Source: an uncultured Chitinophagaceae bacterium | GTDB lineage: Bacteria; Bacteroidota; Ignavibacteria; UBA10030; UBA8401 | Direction: 5' to 3' | Length of the DNA: 64,000 nucleotides | Assembly: GCA_964367235.1 (NCBI GenBank) | Contig: CAYIXI010000003.1 | Location: 4,560 to 68,559 of the forward strand | Shown: piece by piece, positions 39,658-48,526 of the stretch | How the letters are laid out: the number at the start of each line of letters is the position of its first letter | Numbering within the stretch: position 1 is the first letter of the stretch | The notes under the pieces: model-generated | Seen by the model: only the letters and a program-made list of their open reading frames with translations | Told to the model about the DNA's origin: nothing | The model's database searches: none | Translations under genes and position numbers: made by a program

Positions 39658-40323
39658 ATGTCTGAAATTGATAATCCTAAAATAAACGATAATCGGAATT
39701 ACAATTATTCTTCTTTTGAATTTAATGAACGAGCGGAATATAAATTAATTTCTGAGATGGTCGAGAATAATTCTAAAATAATTGATCTCGGTTGTGGCAA
39801 CGGTGCTTTAATTGCAAAATTAATTAAGGAGAATAATGTTTCAGCAAAAGGAATTGAACTTTCTCCAAGCGGGATTACGATTTGTAAAGAAAAAGGATTA
39901 AATGTTTTTGAATGGAGAATTGATGAAAAACTCCCATTTGCCGATAATGAATTTGATTATGCAATTTGTAATGTTACAATTCAAATGGTAATGTATCCAG
40001 AAGTTTTACTTTCCGAAATGAAACGAGTTGCAAAATATCAAATTGTTTCTTTCCCTAATTTTGGATTTTATAAAAACCGAATCGATTTACTTTTTAATGG
40101 AAGAATGCCAAAACCAACTTTGTTTAGTTACAATTGGTACAACACTGGTCATATTCATCAACTTTCTCTAAAAGATTTTGAAGAGTTGGTAAATAATATT
40201 GGTGGATTAAAAATTAAACATATTGAAATGTTGAAACCGAAAAATAATCTTAAATGGTTTTTTATAAAATTATTTCCTAATTTATTTCAAGTATTATTTG
40301 TCTGTTTATTGGAGAAAAAGTAA
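39658..40323 (+). CDS. MetW-like SAM-dependent methyltransferase
   Basis: IIDLGCGNG, VLLSEMKRV, IVSFPNFG, WYNTGHIH. Confidence 0.85.
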   Translation: MSEIDNPKINDNRNYNYSSFEFNERAEYKLISEMVENNSKIIDLGCGNGALIAKLIKENNVSAKGIELSPSGITICKEKGLNVFEWRIDEKLPFADNEFDYAICNVTIQMVMYPEVLLSEMKRVAKYQIVSFPNFGFYKNRIDLLFNGRMPKPTLFSYNWYNTGHIHQLSLKDFEELVNNIGGLKIKHIEMLKPKNNLKWFFIKLFPNLFQVLFVCLLEKK

Positions 40324-41276
40324 TGAAGTTATTCGATTTAATATTTTCATTGCCAGAATTAAAAAACCAACCTCCAGTTTTAATTGATATTGGTGCATCA
40401 GAAAAGATTAACCCAAAATGGAAATCAATTGCGAAATATTCTATTTGTGTTGCCTTCGATGGCGATACAAGAGATTTTTCAATTGATGAGAATTCAAATT
40501 CTGGTTTTTTAAAGAAATTCGTATTTAATACTTTAGTTGTCGAAAATAATGAGCCATCAACTAAATTTTATTTAACCAAAAATCCATATTGCTCCAGCAC
40601 TTTAAAACCAAGTCAAGATGCGCTTAATGTTTGGTCATTTTCTGAGAAGTTTATTATTGAAAAAGAAATCATGCTCAACTCTACTTCTCTTTCAAGTGCG
40701 CTTGCGAAAATAAATATAAATTATATTGATTGGTTTAAAAGCGACTCTCAGGGAATTGATTTGAGAATTTTTAACAGTCTCGAATCAAGAATAAATAAAA
40801 ACATAATTGTTGCTGAGTTTAAGCCCGGTTTTATTGATGCGTATTTTGGCGAAGATAAACTTTATACTTTGCTTCAATCAATGGAAAATAATAATTTTTG
40901 GATTTCCGCCGCAGAAATTAAGGGCTCTTCGCGGATTACACAATGCCAAATTGATAGTTTAACTAAATCAAAATTTCACCAAAAAATAATTTCTTTTTCC
41001 CAATCTATAAATCCTGGTTGGATTGAGTTGACATATTTTAATTCTTTTGAAAATATTTCCACGAAAAGAGAATTATTGTTGGGATGGGTTTTTGCAACAA
41101 TAGAAAAACAATATGGCTTTGCTCATAAACTTGCGGAGATAGGTTTTGAGAAATATTCCGAAGATATATTTTTGAAAATGAAAAGGCATTCTTCTTTTAA
41201 AATTAAATATTCAGTTTTAAATAAAAACTTATTGAATGCCATTATATTAAAAATTAATAATTTATTTTCAAAATAA
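40323..41276 (+). CDS. FkbM-like methyltransferase
   Basis: VLIDIGAS, IDWFKSDSQGIDL. Confidence 0.72.
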   Translation: MKLFDLIFSLPELKNQPPVLIDIGASEKINPKWKSIAKYSICVAFDGDTRDFSIDENSNSGFLKKFVFNTLVVENNEPSTKFYLTKNPYCSSTLKPSQDALNVWSFSEKFIIEKEIMLNSTSLSSALAKININYIDWFKSDSQGIDLRIFNSLESRINKNIIVAEFKPGFIDAYFGEDKLYTLLQSMENNNFWISAAEIKGSSRITQCQIDSLTKSKFHQKIISFSQSINPGWIELTYFNSFENISTKRELLLGWVFATIEKQYGFAHKLAEIGFEKYSEDIFLKMKRHSSFKIKYSVLNKNLLNAIILKINNLFSK

Positions 41277-41281
41277 ATTAA

Positions 41282-42262
41282 ATGAACTTCTGCACACTTT
41301 TCGATTCTAATTATTTATCTCGTGGTTTGGCAATGTATTATTCTCTTGAAAAAGTCTGCGACGATTTTCATCTTTATATATTTGCTTTCGATTCAAAAGC
41401 GGAAAGTATTTTAATACAATTAAATCTAAAACACGCCACTATAATTTCCTTAAATGATTTTGAAGATGCTGATCTTTTGAAAGTAAAATCAACTCGTACA
41501 ATTGCAGAATATTGCTGGACATCAACTTCATCAACAATTCTTTATGCAATTGAAAAATATAATTTGCCATATTGCACCTATCTCGATGCTGATTTATTTT
41601 TTTATTCATCTCCAAAACCAATTTTTGAAGAAATGGGCGATGCATCAATTCTTTTAACTGAGCATCGTTACACAAAACGATACGACAAATCTCGCAAAAG
41701 TGGAAAGTATTGCGTTCAGTTCATCACTTTTAAAAATAATGAATTTGGATTGAAAGCGCTAAAATGGTGGCGAGATCAATGCATTAATTGGTGCTACAAT
41801 AGAATTGAAGATGGAAAATTCGGCGACCAAAAATATTTAGATGATTGGACAACTCGTTTTGAAGGAGTTCATGTTTTAGGAAATCTTGGCGCAGGTGTTG
41901 CCGCATGGAATGTTCAACAATATAATTTCAATTACGAAAATGATAAATTGTTTTTAAAAGAAATATCTACTCAAAATAAATTCCAAATGATATTTTATCA
42001 TTTTCATTATTTGCGATTTTATAAAAATAATAAAATAGAGCTTGGCAGAAGAACTTTATCTAATGATGTTTTAAATTTATTTTATCGTCCATATATTTTG
42101 GAACTCGATAAAATTAAGAATTCCCTATTAAAATATGATTCAAATCTCGATTCGCATGGGGCTTCAATTGAACCTCAAAGTTTAAAAACACCATTTTTGT
42201 TTTTGTTTCGCAAGCTTCTTGGCATTTATAATATTTACCAAAAAGAAAAATTCTTATCTTGA
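41282..42262 (+). CDS. GT-A fold glycosyltransferase
   Basis: DxD in YLDAD, GKYCVQF, WWRDQC, GDQKYLDDW, FYHFH. Confidence 0.82.
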   Translation: MNFCTLFDSNYLSRGLAMYYSLEKVCDDFHLYIFAFDSKAESILIQLNLKHATIISLNDFEDADLLKVKSTRTIAEYCWTSTSSTILYAIEKYNLPYCTYLDADLFFYSSPKPIFEEMGDASILLTEHRYTKRYDKSRKSGKYCVQFITFKNNEFGLKALKWWRDQCINWCYNRIEDGKFGDQKYLDDWTTRFEGVHVLGNLGAGVAAWNVQQYNFNYENDKLFLKEISTQNKFQMIFYHFHYLRFYKNNKIELGRRTLSNDVLNLFYRPYILELDKIKNSLLKYDSNLDSHGASIEPQSLKTPFLFLFRKLLGIYNIYQKEKFLS

Positions 42263-42265
42263 CGC

Positions 42266-42634
42266 ATGGCAAATTTAATTATACTCACAACTCACTCCGA
42301 TAAACGAGGAAATTTAACTGTAATAGAAAAAGAAATTCCATTCGCAATTAAAAGATTTTTTTATATCTATGGTGTTGATGATTCAGTTCGAGGCGGACAT
42401 CGACATCACAAAACAATTCAAGCCGCAATTTGCGTTCATGGAAGTTGTATCGTCTCAAGTAACGATGGTGAGACAAAAAATGATTTCGCTCTTGACCATC
42501 CAAATAAATGTTTGATTTTGCAACCTAATGATTTTCATACAATGCATCATTTTACTCCCGATGCAGTGTTGCTTGTAATTGCTTCCGAAGAATTTAACCA
42601 GACAGATTATATTTATGAGCCATACAAAAATTGA
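42266..42634 (+). CDS. fdtA: dTDP-4-keto-6-deoxyhexose 3,4-ketoisomerase (FdtA/QdtA cupin)
   Basis: [22 protein letters not shown] (two catalytic His), VLLVIAS. Confidence 0.9.
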   Translation: MANLIILTTHSDKRGNLTVIEKEIPFAIKRFFYIYGVDDSVRGGHRHHKTIQAAICVHGSCIVSSNDGETKNDFALDHPNKCLILQPNDFHTMHHFTPDAVLLVIASEEFNQTDYIYEPYKN

Positions 42635-43709
42635 ATACGAAAATCTCGCAAAAGTAAATTCTCCTTTCGTTAATGAATTTACAAAGTCATTTAATTCAAC
42701 AGTCCAAAAAGGTTGGTTTATTCTTGGTGATGGAGTAAAATCTTTTGAAAATGATTTTGCAAATTATATCGGAACGAAATATGCAGTTGGTGTTGCAAAC
42801 GGACTTGAAGCATTATTGCTTTCGCTTAAATCTTTAAATTTTTCTGATAAATCTGAAATCATTGTTCCATCAAATACTTACATCGCAACAATTTTAGCAA
42901 TTCTCCAAGCAGGGCATATTCCAGTTTTAGTTGAACCAAATATTGAAACTTACAACATTGATGCTGATAAAATTGAAGATGCAATCACAAAAAATACAAA
43001 AGCAATTATGGTTGTTCATCTTTACGGTAAATCTTGTGAGATGGATAAAATTTGTTTAATCGCAAATAAATATAATTTGCACTTAATTGAAGATTGTGCA
43101 CAATCGCACGGATCTAAATTTAAAAATCAAACTACTGGAACTTTTGGTATTGGCGCTTTTAGTTTTTATCCAACAAAAAATCTTGGCGCACTCGGTGATG
43201 CTGGTGGAGTTACAACTAACGACGAGGAAATTGCAAATACAATTCGCAAACTCAGAAATTATGGTTCTGAAAAAAAATATTATAACGACTTAATCGGGCA
43301 CAATTCCAGATTGGACGAGATTCAAGCGGAATTTCTTTCAATCAAATTAAAATCGCTTGATAAAATTACAAAACATAAAAGAAGTTTGGCGCAAATTTAT
43401 CAAAATAATTTAAAAAGTGGTTTTATAAAACCTCAATATCACCCTGATTATTATGATGTTTTTCACATTTACAATATTCGTCATCCCAAACGAGATGCGC
43501 TAAAAGAATTTTTGTTGAAAAATGAAATTACAACTGAAATTCATTATCCTGTTGCGCTGCATAAACAAATTGCGATGCGTGGAATTTTAGATGCAAAAGA
43601 TTTTCCAATCTCAACTGAAATCCACAACACAACTTTGAGTTTGCCAATTTCTTCTTTTCACAACGAGAGTGATATTAGGCGAGTTATTGAAGTGATGAAT
43701 AAATTTTAA
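42615..43709 (+). CDS. fdtB: DegT/DnrJ/EryC1/StrS aminotransferase (FdtB/QdtB-like)
   Basis: [42 protein letters not shown]; ATG 42615 preferred. Confidence 0.9.
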   Translation: MSHTKIEYENLAKVNSPFVNEFTKSFNSTVQKGWFILGDGVKSFENDFANYIGTKYAVGVANGLEALLLSLKSLNFSDKSEIIVPSNTYIATILAILQAGHIPVLVEPNIETYNIDADKIEDAITKNTKAIMVVHLYGKSCEMDKICLIANKYNLHLIEDCAQSHGSKFKNQTTGTFGIGAFSFYPTKNLGALGDAGGVTTNDEEIANTIRKLRNYGSEKKYYNDLIGHNSRLDEIQAEFLSIKLKSLDKITKHKRSLAQIYQNNLKSGFIKPQYHPDYYDVFHIYNIRHPKRDALKEFLLKNEITTEIHYPVALHKQIAMRGILDAKDFPISTEIHNTTLSLPISSFHNESDIRRVIEVMNKF

Positions 43710-44965
43710 AGATTCGATTTAATTATTTTAGCAAACTCTTCTGCAATTTTAGATCTATTATATTTCCGCGAAAAAGAATTATTTGGCTTGATATTTTTTA
43801 ATTTTTTGAAAATATCATTTTTATCGTAATTATATGGGAGTTGAATTCCTGAATTTCCTTCGTTTAAAATATCCTGTACTTCGTAGTTTTCATCATTGAA
43901 AGCAATAATTTTTTTTCCTGTTCGCAAATATTCAAACAATTTTCCTGGAGTGTGCCTTGGCTCGGAAGCGCAAACAAACAAATAGTCGGCACTCATCATT
44001 TCTTCCAAAACATTTTTATAAGGGATAAATCCAACAAAGTTAGTAATATTTTCTAATCCGTAATCTTTAATCGATTGGCGAATTGCTGGGGAAACAGTAC
44101 CAACAAATCTCAATCTGAATTTTGTTCCTTTATCAATTTCGCTTTTAATATTTTTCCATAATGCAATAGGATTTTGGTAATCAAAAATATTGCCAGCATG
44201 CAATATTATTTTTTCTTCTCTTGCATTATTTATAATATTTAATCTTTCAAAATCTTCTTCATTAAATCCCCAATAAAGCACTGAAGATTTATTTTTTACG
44301 AAATCATATTTATTAGAGAAATCATTTTGAGTAGTTTTGGTAACAAAAATAATATGACGGGAATTATCTAAAACAGTTTTTTCAAAATAATTATCTAAGC
44401 AAAGTGTAGCCTTGCTTCGTTTAAATCCTTTGTAATAAGCAATATCAGTCCATGGGTCAATTAAAACAGGAATGTGCGGAATAGAATATTTTTTAGAAAG
44501 CGACTTACCAATTAAATGTGAACTATGTGGTGGACCAACTGAGACAACCGCGTCATATTTATTTTCTTTGTAAATAAATTTTCCTTTTCGCATTGCGCTA
44601 AAATACCAACCAACTCTCGCATCGGGAATAAATAAATTCATTCTAATCCAAAGAGAAATTTTGTGAGCAAAAGATTTATTTTCTTTTGAAATCACCTCCG
44701 ATGAAACGAGCGGCTCATCAATTCTTTTACCAATAAATTTTTTGTAAATTGAAAAAGGATCAAGCGAATTTGATTTATATATTTTTAGTTTTTCGTCAAT
44801 TAAACACAATAAACTCGCATCTTTTTGCGAAAATCTATCTTCGTTAATTGTTAAAACTACTGGCTCCAAATCAAATTTGGGAAAATTTTTTATCATCGCC
44901 AATGGCCAGTGAAGCGATGCGCGCCCCGACGGTGGCCAATAATATGTTACAAATAAAATTCGCAT
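43706..44965 (-). CDS. Glycosyltransferase family 4-like protein
   Basis: [34 protein letters not shown]. Confidence 0.85.
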   Translation of the reverse strand: MRILFVTYYWPPSGRASLHWPLAMIKNFPKFDLEPVVLTINEDRFSQKDASLLCLIDEKLKIYKSNSLDPFSIYKKFIGKRIDEPLVSSEVISKENKSFAHKISLWIRMNLFIPDARVGWYFSAMRKGKFIYKENKYDAVVSVGPPHSSHLIGKSLSKKYSIPHIPVLIDPWTDIAYYKGFKRSKATLCLDNYFEKTVLDNSRHIIFVTKTTQNDFSNKYDFVKNKSSVLYWGFNEEDFERLNIINNAREEKIILHAGNIFDYQNPIALWKNIKSEIDKGTKFRLRFVGTVSPAIRQSIKDYGLENITNFVGFIPYKNVLEEMMSADYLFVCASEPRHTPGKLFEYLRTGKKIIAFNDENYEVQDILNEGNSGIQLPYNYDKNDIFKKLKNIKPNNSFSRKYNRSKIAEEFAKIIKSNL

Positions 44966-44986
44966 AACTAAATATAAGAATGATTC

Positions 44987-45015
44987 TTGAATTATTTGAG
45001 ACTTCTATCTATTAT
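44987..45015 (+). promoter_or_regulatory. Putative promoter for murA
   Basis: TTGAAT-N17-TATTAT, 26 nt before the GTG start. Confidence 0.5.
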
Positions 45016-45041
45016 GCGAAAGAAATTTAAAAGGAAATTTA

Positions 45042-46304
45042 GTGGACAAATTTGTAATTGAAGGTAGTAAAAAATTAAACGGTTCAGTTGTAATTAGCGG
45101 AGCAAAAAATGCTACGCTTGCACTTATGCCAGCTACACTTTTGGCAAGTGGAAAATACGAACTTTATAATTCTCCAAACCTGCACGATGTTGTTACGATG
45201 TCAAAGTTACTTGAGTCGATGGGAGTTGCGATTGAAAGATTTGGCGACACACTTTTGATGAATACTTTTCGTGTAAATAAATTTGAAGCGCCTTACGAAC
45301 ATGTAAAAAAAATGCGCGCGTCAATTTATGTTTTAGCTCCGCTTGTTGCGAGATATGGTCAAGCAAAAGTTTCACTTCCTGGTGGATGTGCTTGGGGACC
45401 TCGTCCTGTAAATTTACATATTGAGGCGTTAAAAAAACTTGGAGCAAATATTGAAATCGATCGCGGATATATTATTGCAAAGGCAAAACAATTAAAGGGA
45501 ACGAAAATAAAATTTGATGTTTCAAGTGTTGGTGCGACTGGCAATACTTTGATGGCGGCAGTTTTAGCAAAAGGAAATACAAAAATTGAAAATGCCGCAA
45601 TGGAACCTGAAATTACAAATTTAGCTAAAATGCTTGTTTCGATGGGAGCAAAAATTAACGGAATAAATTCGCCAACTCTTGAAATTGAGGGCGTCGATCA
45701 TCTTAATCCAACTTTTGTTGATACAATCCCAGATAGAATTGAAGCAGGAACTTTTTTAATTGCTACTGCGCTTTGCGGTGGTAAGGTTACAATTAATAAT
45801 TGCGAACCAAAACATTTAACTTCGCTACTTAAAATTTTAAAAAAATCTGGATCGAAAATTAAAATTGAAAACAATTCTATTTCTATTTCATCAAATGGAA
45901 AAATAAAACCTGTTAGCATTGAAACAGAAATTTATCCTGGCTTCCCAACTGATATGCAAGCGCAATGGATTACTTTGATGTCTCTTGCAAATGGGAAATC
46001 AAAAATTACTGACTCAATCTACACCGACCGTTTCAATCATGTGCCAGAACTTGTCCGACTTGGCGCTAATATCAAAATGAAAAATAATATTGCGAGCATT
46101 ACTGGCGTAAAATTTTTAACTGGGACAAAAATTATGTCGACTGATTTGCGCGCAAGTGCCGCGCTTGTTTTGGCAGGCTTAGTTTCGCATGGAAATACGG
46201 AGGTTTTACGCGTTTATCATTTAGATAGAGGTTACGAGGTTTTTGAGAAAAAATTACAATCGCTCGGTGCAAAAATTGAAAGAGTTAGTTACAAAGAATT
46301 TTAA
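45042..46304 (+). CDS. murA: UDP-N-acetylglucosamine 1-carboxyvinyltransferase
   Basis: SGAKNA, KMRASI, PGGCAWGPRP, IPDRIEAGT, GFPTDMQ, DLRASA. Confidence 0.98.
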   Translation: MDKFVIEGSKKLNGSVVISGAKNATLALMPATLLASGKYELYNSPNLHDVVTMSKLLESMGVAIERFGDTLLMNTFRVNKFEAPYEHVKKMRASIYVLAPLVARYGQAKVSLPGGCAWGPRPVNLHIEALKKLGANIEIDRGYIIAKAKQLKGTKIKFDVSSVGATGNTLMAAVLAKGNTKIENAAMEPEITNLAKMLVSMGAKINGINSPTLEIEGVDHLNPTFVDTIPDRIEAGTFLIATALCGGKVTINNCEPKHLTSLLKILKKSGSKIKIENNSISISSNGKIKPVSIETEIYPGFPTDMQAQWITLMSLANGKSKITDSIYTDRFNHVPELVRLGANIKMKNNIASITGVKFLTGTKIMSTDLRASAALVLAGLVSHGNTEVLRVYHLDRGYEVFEKKLQSLGAKIERVSYKEF

Positions 46305-46311
46305 ATATATT

Positions 46312-47100
46312 TTATTTTAATTTTTTTTTCAAAACTTTAATCATCTCATCGTGAACTAATCCATTTGTTGCGAGTGAACTTTGTTGAAAAGAATTTGCTC
46401 TTTCATTTTTGAAATTTGTTACTTTACCACCGGCTTCTTCCACTAATAATATTCCAGCCGATTTATCCCACGGATTTAAAAATACTTCCCAATAACCATC
46501 AAATCTTCCTGCCGCAACATAAGCAAAATCAATTGCCGCAGATCCAAGCCGACGAACTCCGCGTGCTCTTGGTAAGAAATTTACAAAATGCTCAATCACT
46601 CGTCCCGGATTTTCTTTTATATTATATGGGAAACCAGTAACAACTAAACTGTCAATTAATTTTTTTGTTTTCGAAACGAATATTTGTTTTGAATTTAAAA
46701 AAGCTCCTTTGCCACGCTCGGCATAAAACAATTCATCAGTCATTGGATTGAATATTACTCCAGCAATAATTTCTTTTTCAAATTCAATTCCGATTGAAAC
46801 GCAAAATAAAGGTAAGCCATGCGCAAAATTTGTTGTTCCATCAATCGGATCAATAATCCAACGATAAGGTGATATTTTTTTTAGTGCGCCACTCTCCTCT
46901 GTTAAAATATCGTGTGATGGATAAGTATCGCGTATGATTGATATTATTTTTTTTTCACAAAGCTTATCCACTTCAGTAACAAGATTGGTTTCCTGACCAA
47001 ATTTCTTTTCAATATTTTTTGGTTTCCCTGATTTAGATTTTTGAATTTTACCAGCCTCAAGCGCGGCATCGATTGCTACTTTTAATATTTGTGATTTCAT
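46312..47100 (-). CDS. suhB: Inositol monophosphatase family protein
   Basis: LVTEVD, LTEE, IDPIDGTTNF, RRLGSAA, PWD. Confidence 0.93.
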   Translation of the reverse strand: MKSQILKVAIDAALEAGKIQKSKSGKPKNIEKKFGQETNLVTEVDKLCEKKIISIIRDTYPSHDILTEESGALKKISPYRWIIDPIDGTTNFAHGLPLFCVSIGIEFEKEIIAGVIFNPMTDELFYAERGKGAFLNSKQIFVSKTKKLIDSLVVTGFPYNIKENPGRVIEHFVNFLPRARGVRRLGSAAIDFAYVAAGRFDGYWEVFLNPWDKSAGILLVEEAGGKVTNFKNERANSFQQSSLATNGLVHDEMIKVLKKKLK

Positions 47101-47158
47101 ATTTACAATTTACGATTTTATGACTAAAGATTCTCGCAATTATTATTATATTCGAAAG

Positions 47159-48526
47159 ATGAATAAAGAATTGTTAAACAAACTATTTTCTTTCTCGACA
47201 AATAAAATTTCGGACTGGGAAAATAATTGGAATAAATTTGAGTACAATCCAATTTCAATGCCGAGTGAAAGTAATATTTTATCTACACTCGAAGAACTTT
47301 CAGTTCGGCTAAAAAACAATTATCCATTTTTTCACCCGCGTTACTTGGGCCAAATGACGACATCTCCGCACCCAATTGCAATTGCAAGTTATGTGATGGC
47401 AATGTTAATTAATCCAAATAACCATGCTCGAGATGGTGGACCTGCTACAGCTGAACTTGAATTTGAAGCAGTGAGTAAAATTGCAAAAATGTTTGGCTAT
47501 AAAAATCATTTGGGGCATTTAACTTCAAGTGGAACAATTGCAAACCTTGAGGCACTTTGGATTAGTCGAGAAATTCATCCAAATAAATGTATTGCATTTT
47601 CCGAGGCAAGTCATTACACACATCAACGAATGTGTCAAGTCCTTGGCGTAAAATATATTGTAATAAAAAATAATTCCTTTGGTAGAATTGATTTAAACGA
47701 TTTGGAAACTAAATTAAAGAAAAATAATATTGGCACTTTGGTCGTAAATGTTGGAACGACTTCAATCGGTGCAGTTGATGAGATTGATAAAATATTTCCA
47801 CTTTGCAATAAATATGGAGTTAGAATTCATGCAGATGCCGCGTACGGAGGTTTTTTTATTTTGTGCGCAAATAAAAATACTCCATCTGTAAATCCTTTGC
47901 CATTTAAATTTTTAAACAAGTGCGATAGCATAGTTGTTGATCCACATAAAAAAGGATTGCAACCGTATGGATGCGGTTGTGTGATTTTTAAAAATCCAAT
48001 TGTTGGAAAATTTTATAAACACAATTCTCCTTATACATATTTCACTTCTGATAAATTACATTTGGGGGAGATAAGTTTGGAATGTTCAAAATCTGGTGCA
48101 AGTGCGGCGGCACTTTGGGCAACTTTAAAATTATTTCCACTTGAATCTGAATCTGGGCTTGGAAGTTTTTTAAATTCTACAAGAGAAAGTGCAATTAAAT
48201 ATTCAATTTTAATTAAAAAGAAGAATATATTTTTAGAATCTTACTCACCAGATTTAGATATAGTTACTTATTTTAAAAATCAAAAAGATAAAAAGATTTC
48301 TACAATTTCAAAATCAAGTAAAAGAATATTTAAAGTAGCGATGAGTAAAAAAGTAGCTCCACTTTTTCTGGCGTTACTTGAAACAAAATCTGCTGATTTA
48401 AAATTTAAATATCCAAATCTTACGGTAAACCTACCAAAAGCTACTGTTTTAAGGACTGTTTTTATGAAGCCCGAACATTTAGATTTTGTTGAAACTTTCG
48501 TTTCTGAACTTGAAAATCTTACTTAA
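47159..48526 (+). CDS. Group II PLP-dependent amino acid decarboxylase, substrate unknown
   Basis: HPRYLGQM, TSSGTIAN, GTTSIGAVD, HADAAYGG, DPHK (PLP Lys). ATG 47159 preferred over 47120. Confidence 0.85.
   Translation: MNKELLNKLFSFSTNKISDWENNWNKFEYNPISMPSESNILSTLEELSVRLKNNYPFFHPRYLGQMTTSPHPIAIASYVMAMLINPNNHARDGGPATAELEFEAVSKIAKMFGYKNHLGHLTSSGTIANLEALWISREIHPNKCIAFSEASHYTHQRMCQVLGVKYIVIKNNSFGRIDLNDLETKLKKNNIGTLVVNVGTTSIGAVDEIDKIFPLCNKYGVRIHADAAYGGFFILCANKNTPSVNPLPFKFLNKCDSIVVDPHKKGLQPYGCGCVIFKNPIVGKFYKHNSPYTYFTSDKLHLGEISLECSKSGASAAALWATLKLFPLESESGLGSFLNSTRESAIKYSILIKKKNIFLESYSPDLDIVTYFKNQKDKKISTISKSSKRIFKVAMSKKVAPLFLALLETKSADLKFKYPNLTVNLPKATVLRTVFMKPEHLDFVETFVSELENLT

Noticed and set aside
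42579-42614. TTG-initiated extension of fdtB
   Set aside because: It lies within fdtA; ATG 42615 gives a typical family N-terminus.
47120-47158. Upstream ATG of the decarboxylase
   Set aside because: Only 19 nt from the divergent suhB start and the segment contains -10-like TATTAT/TATATT, so it is more likely promoter DNA.
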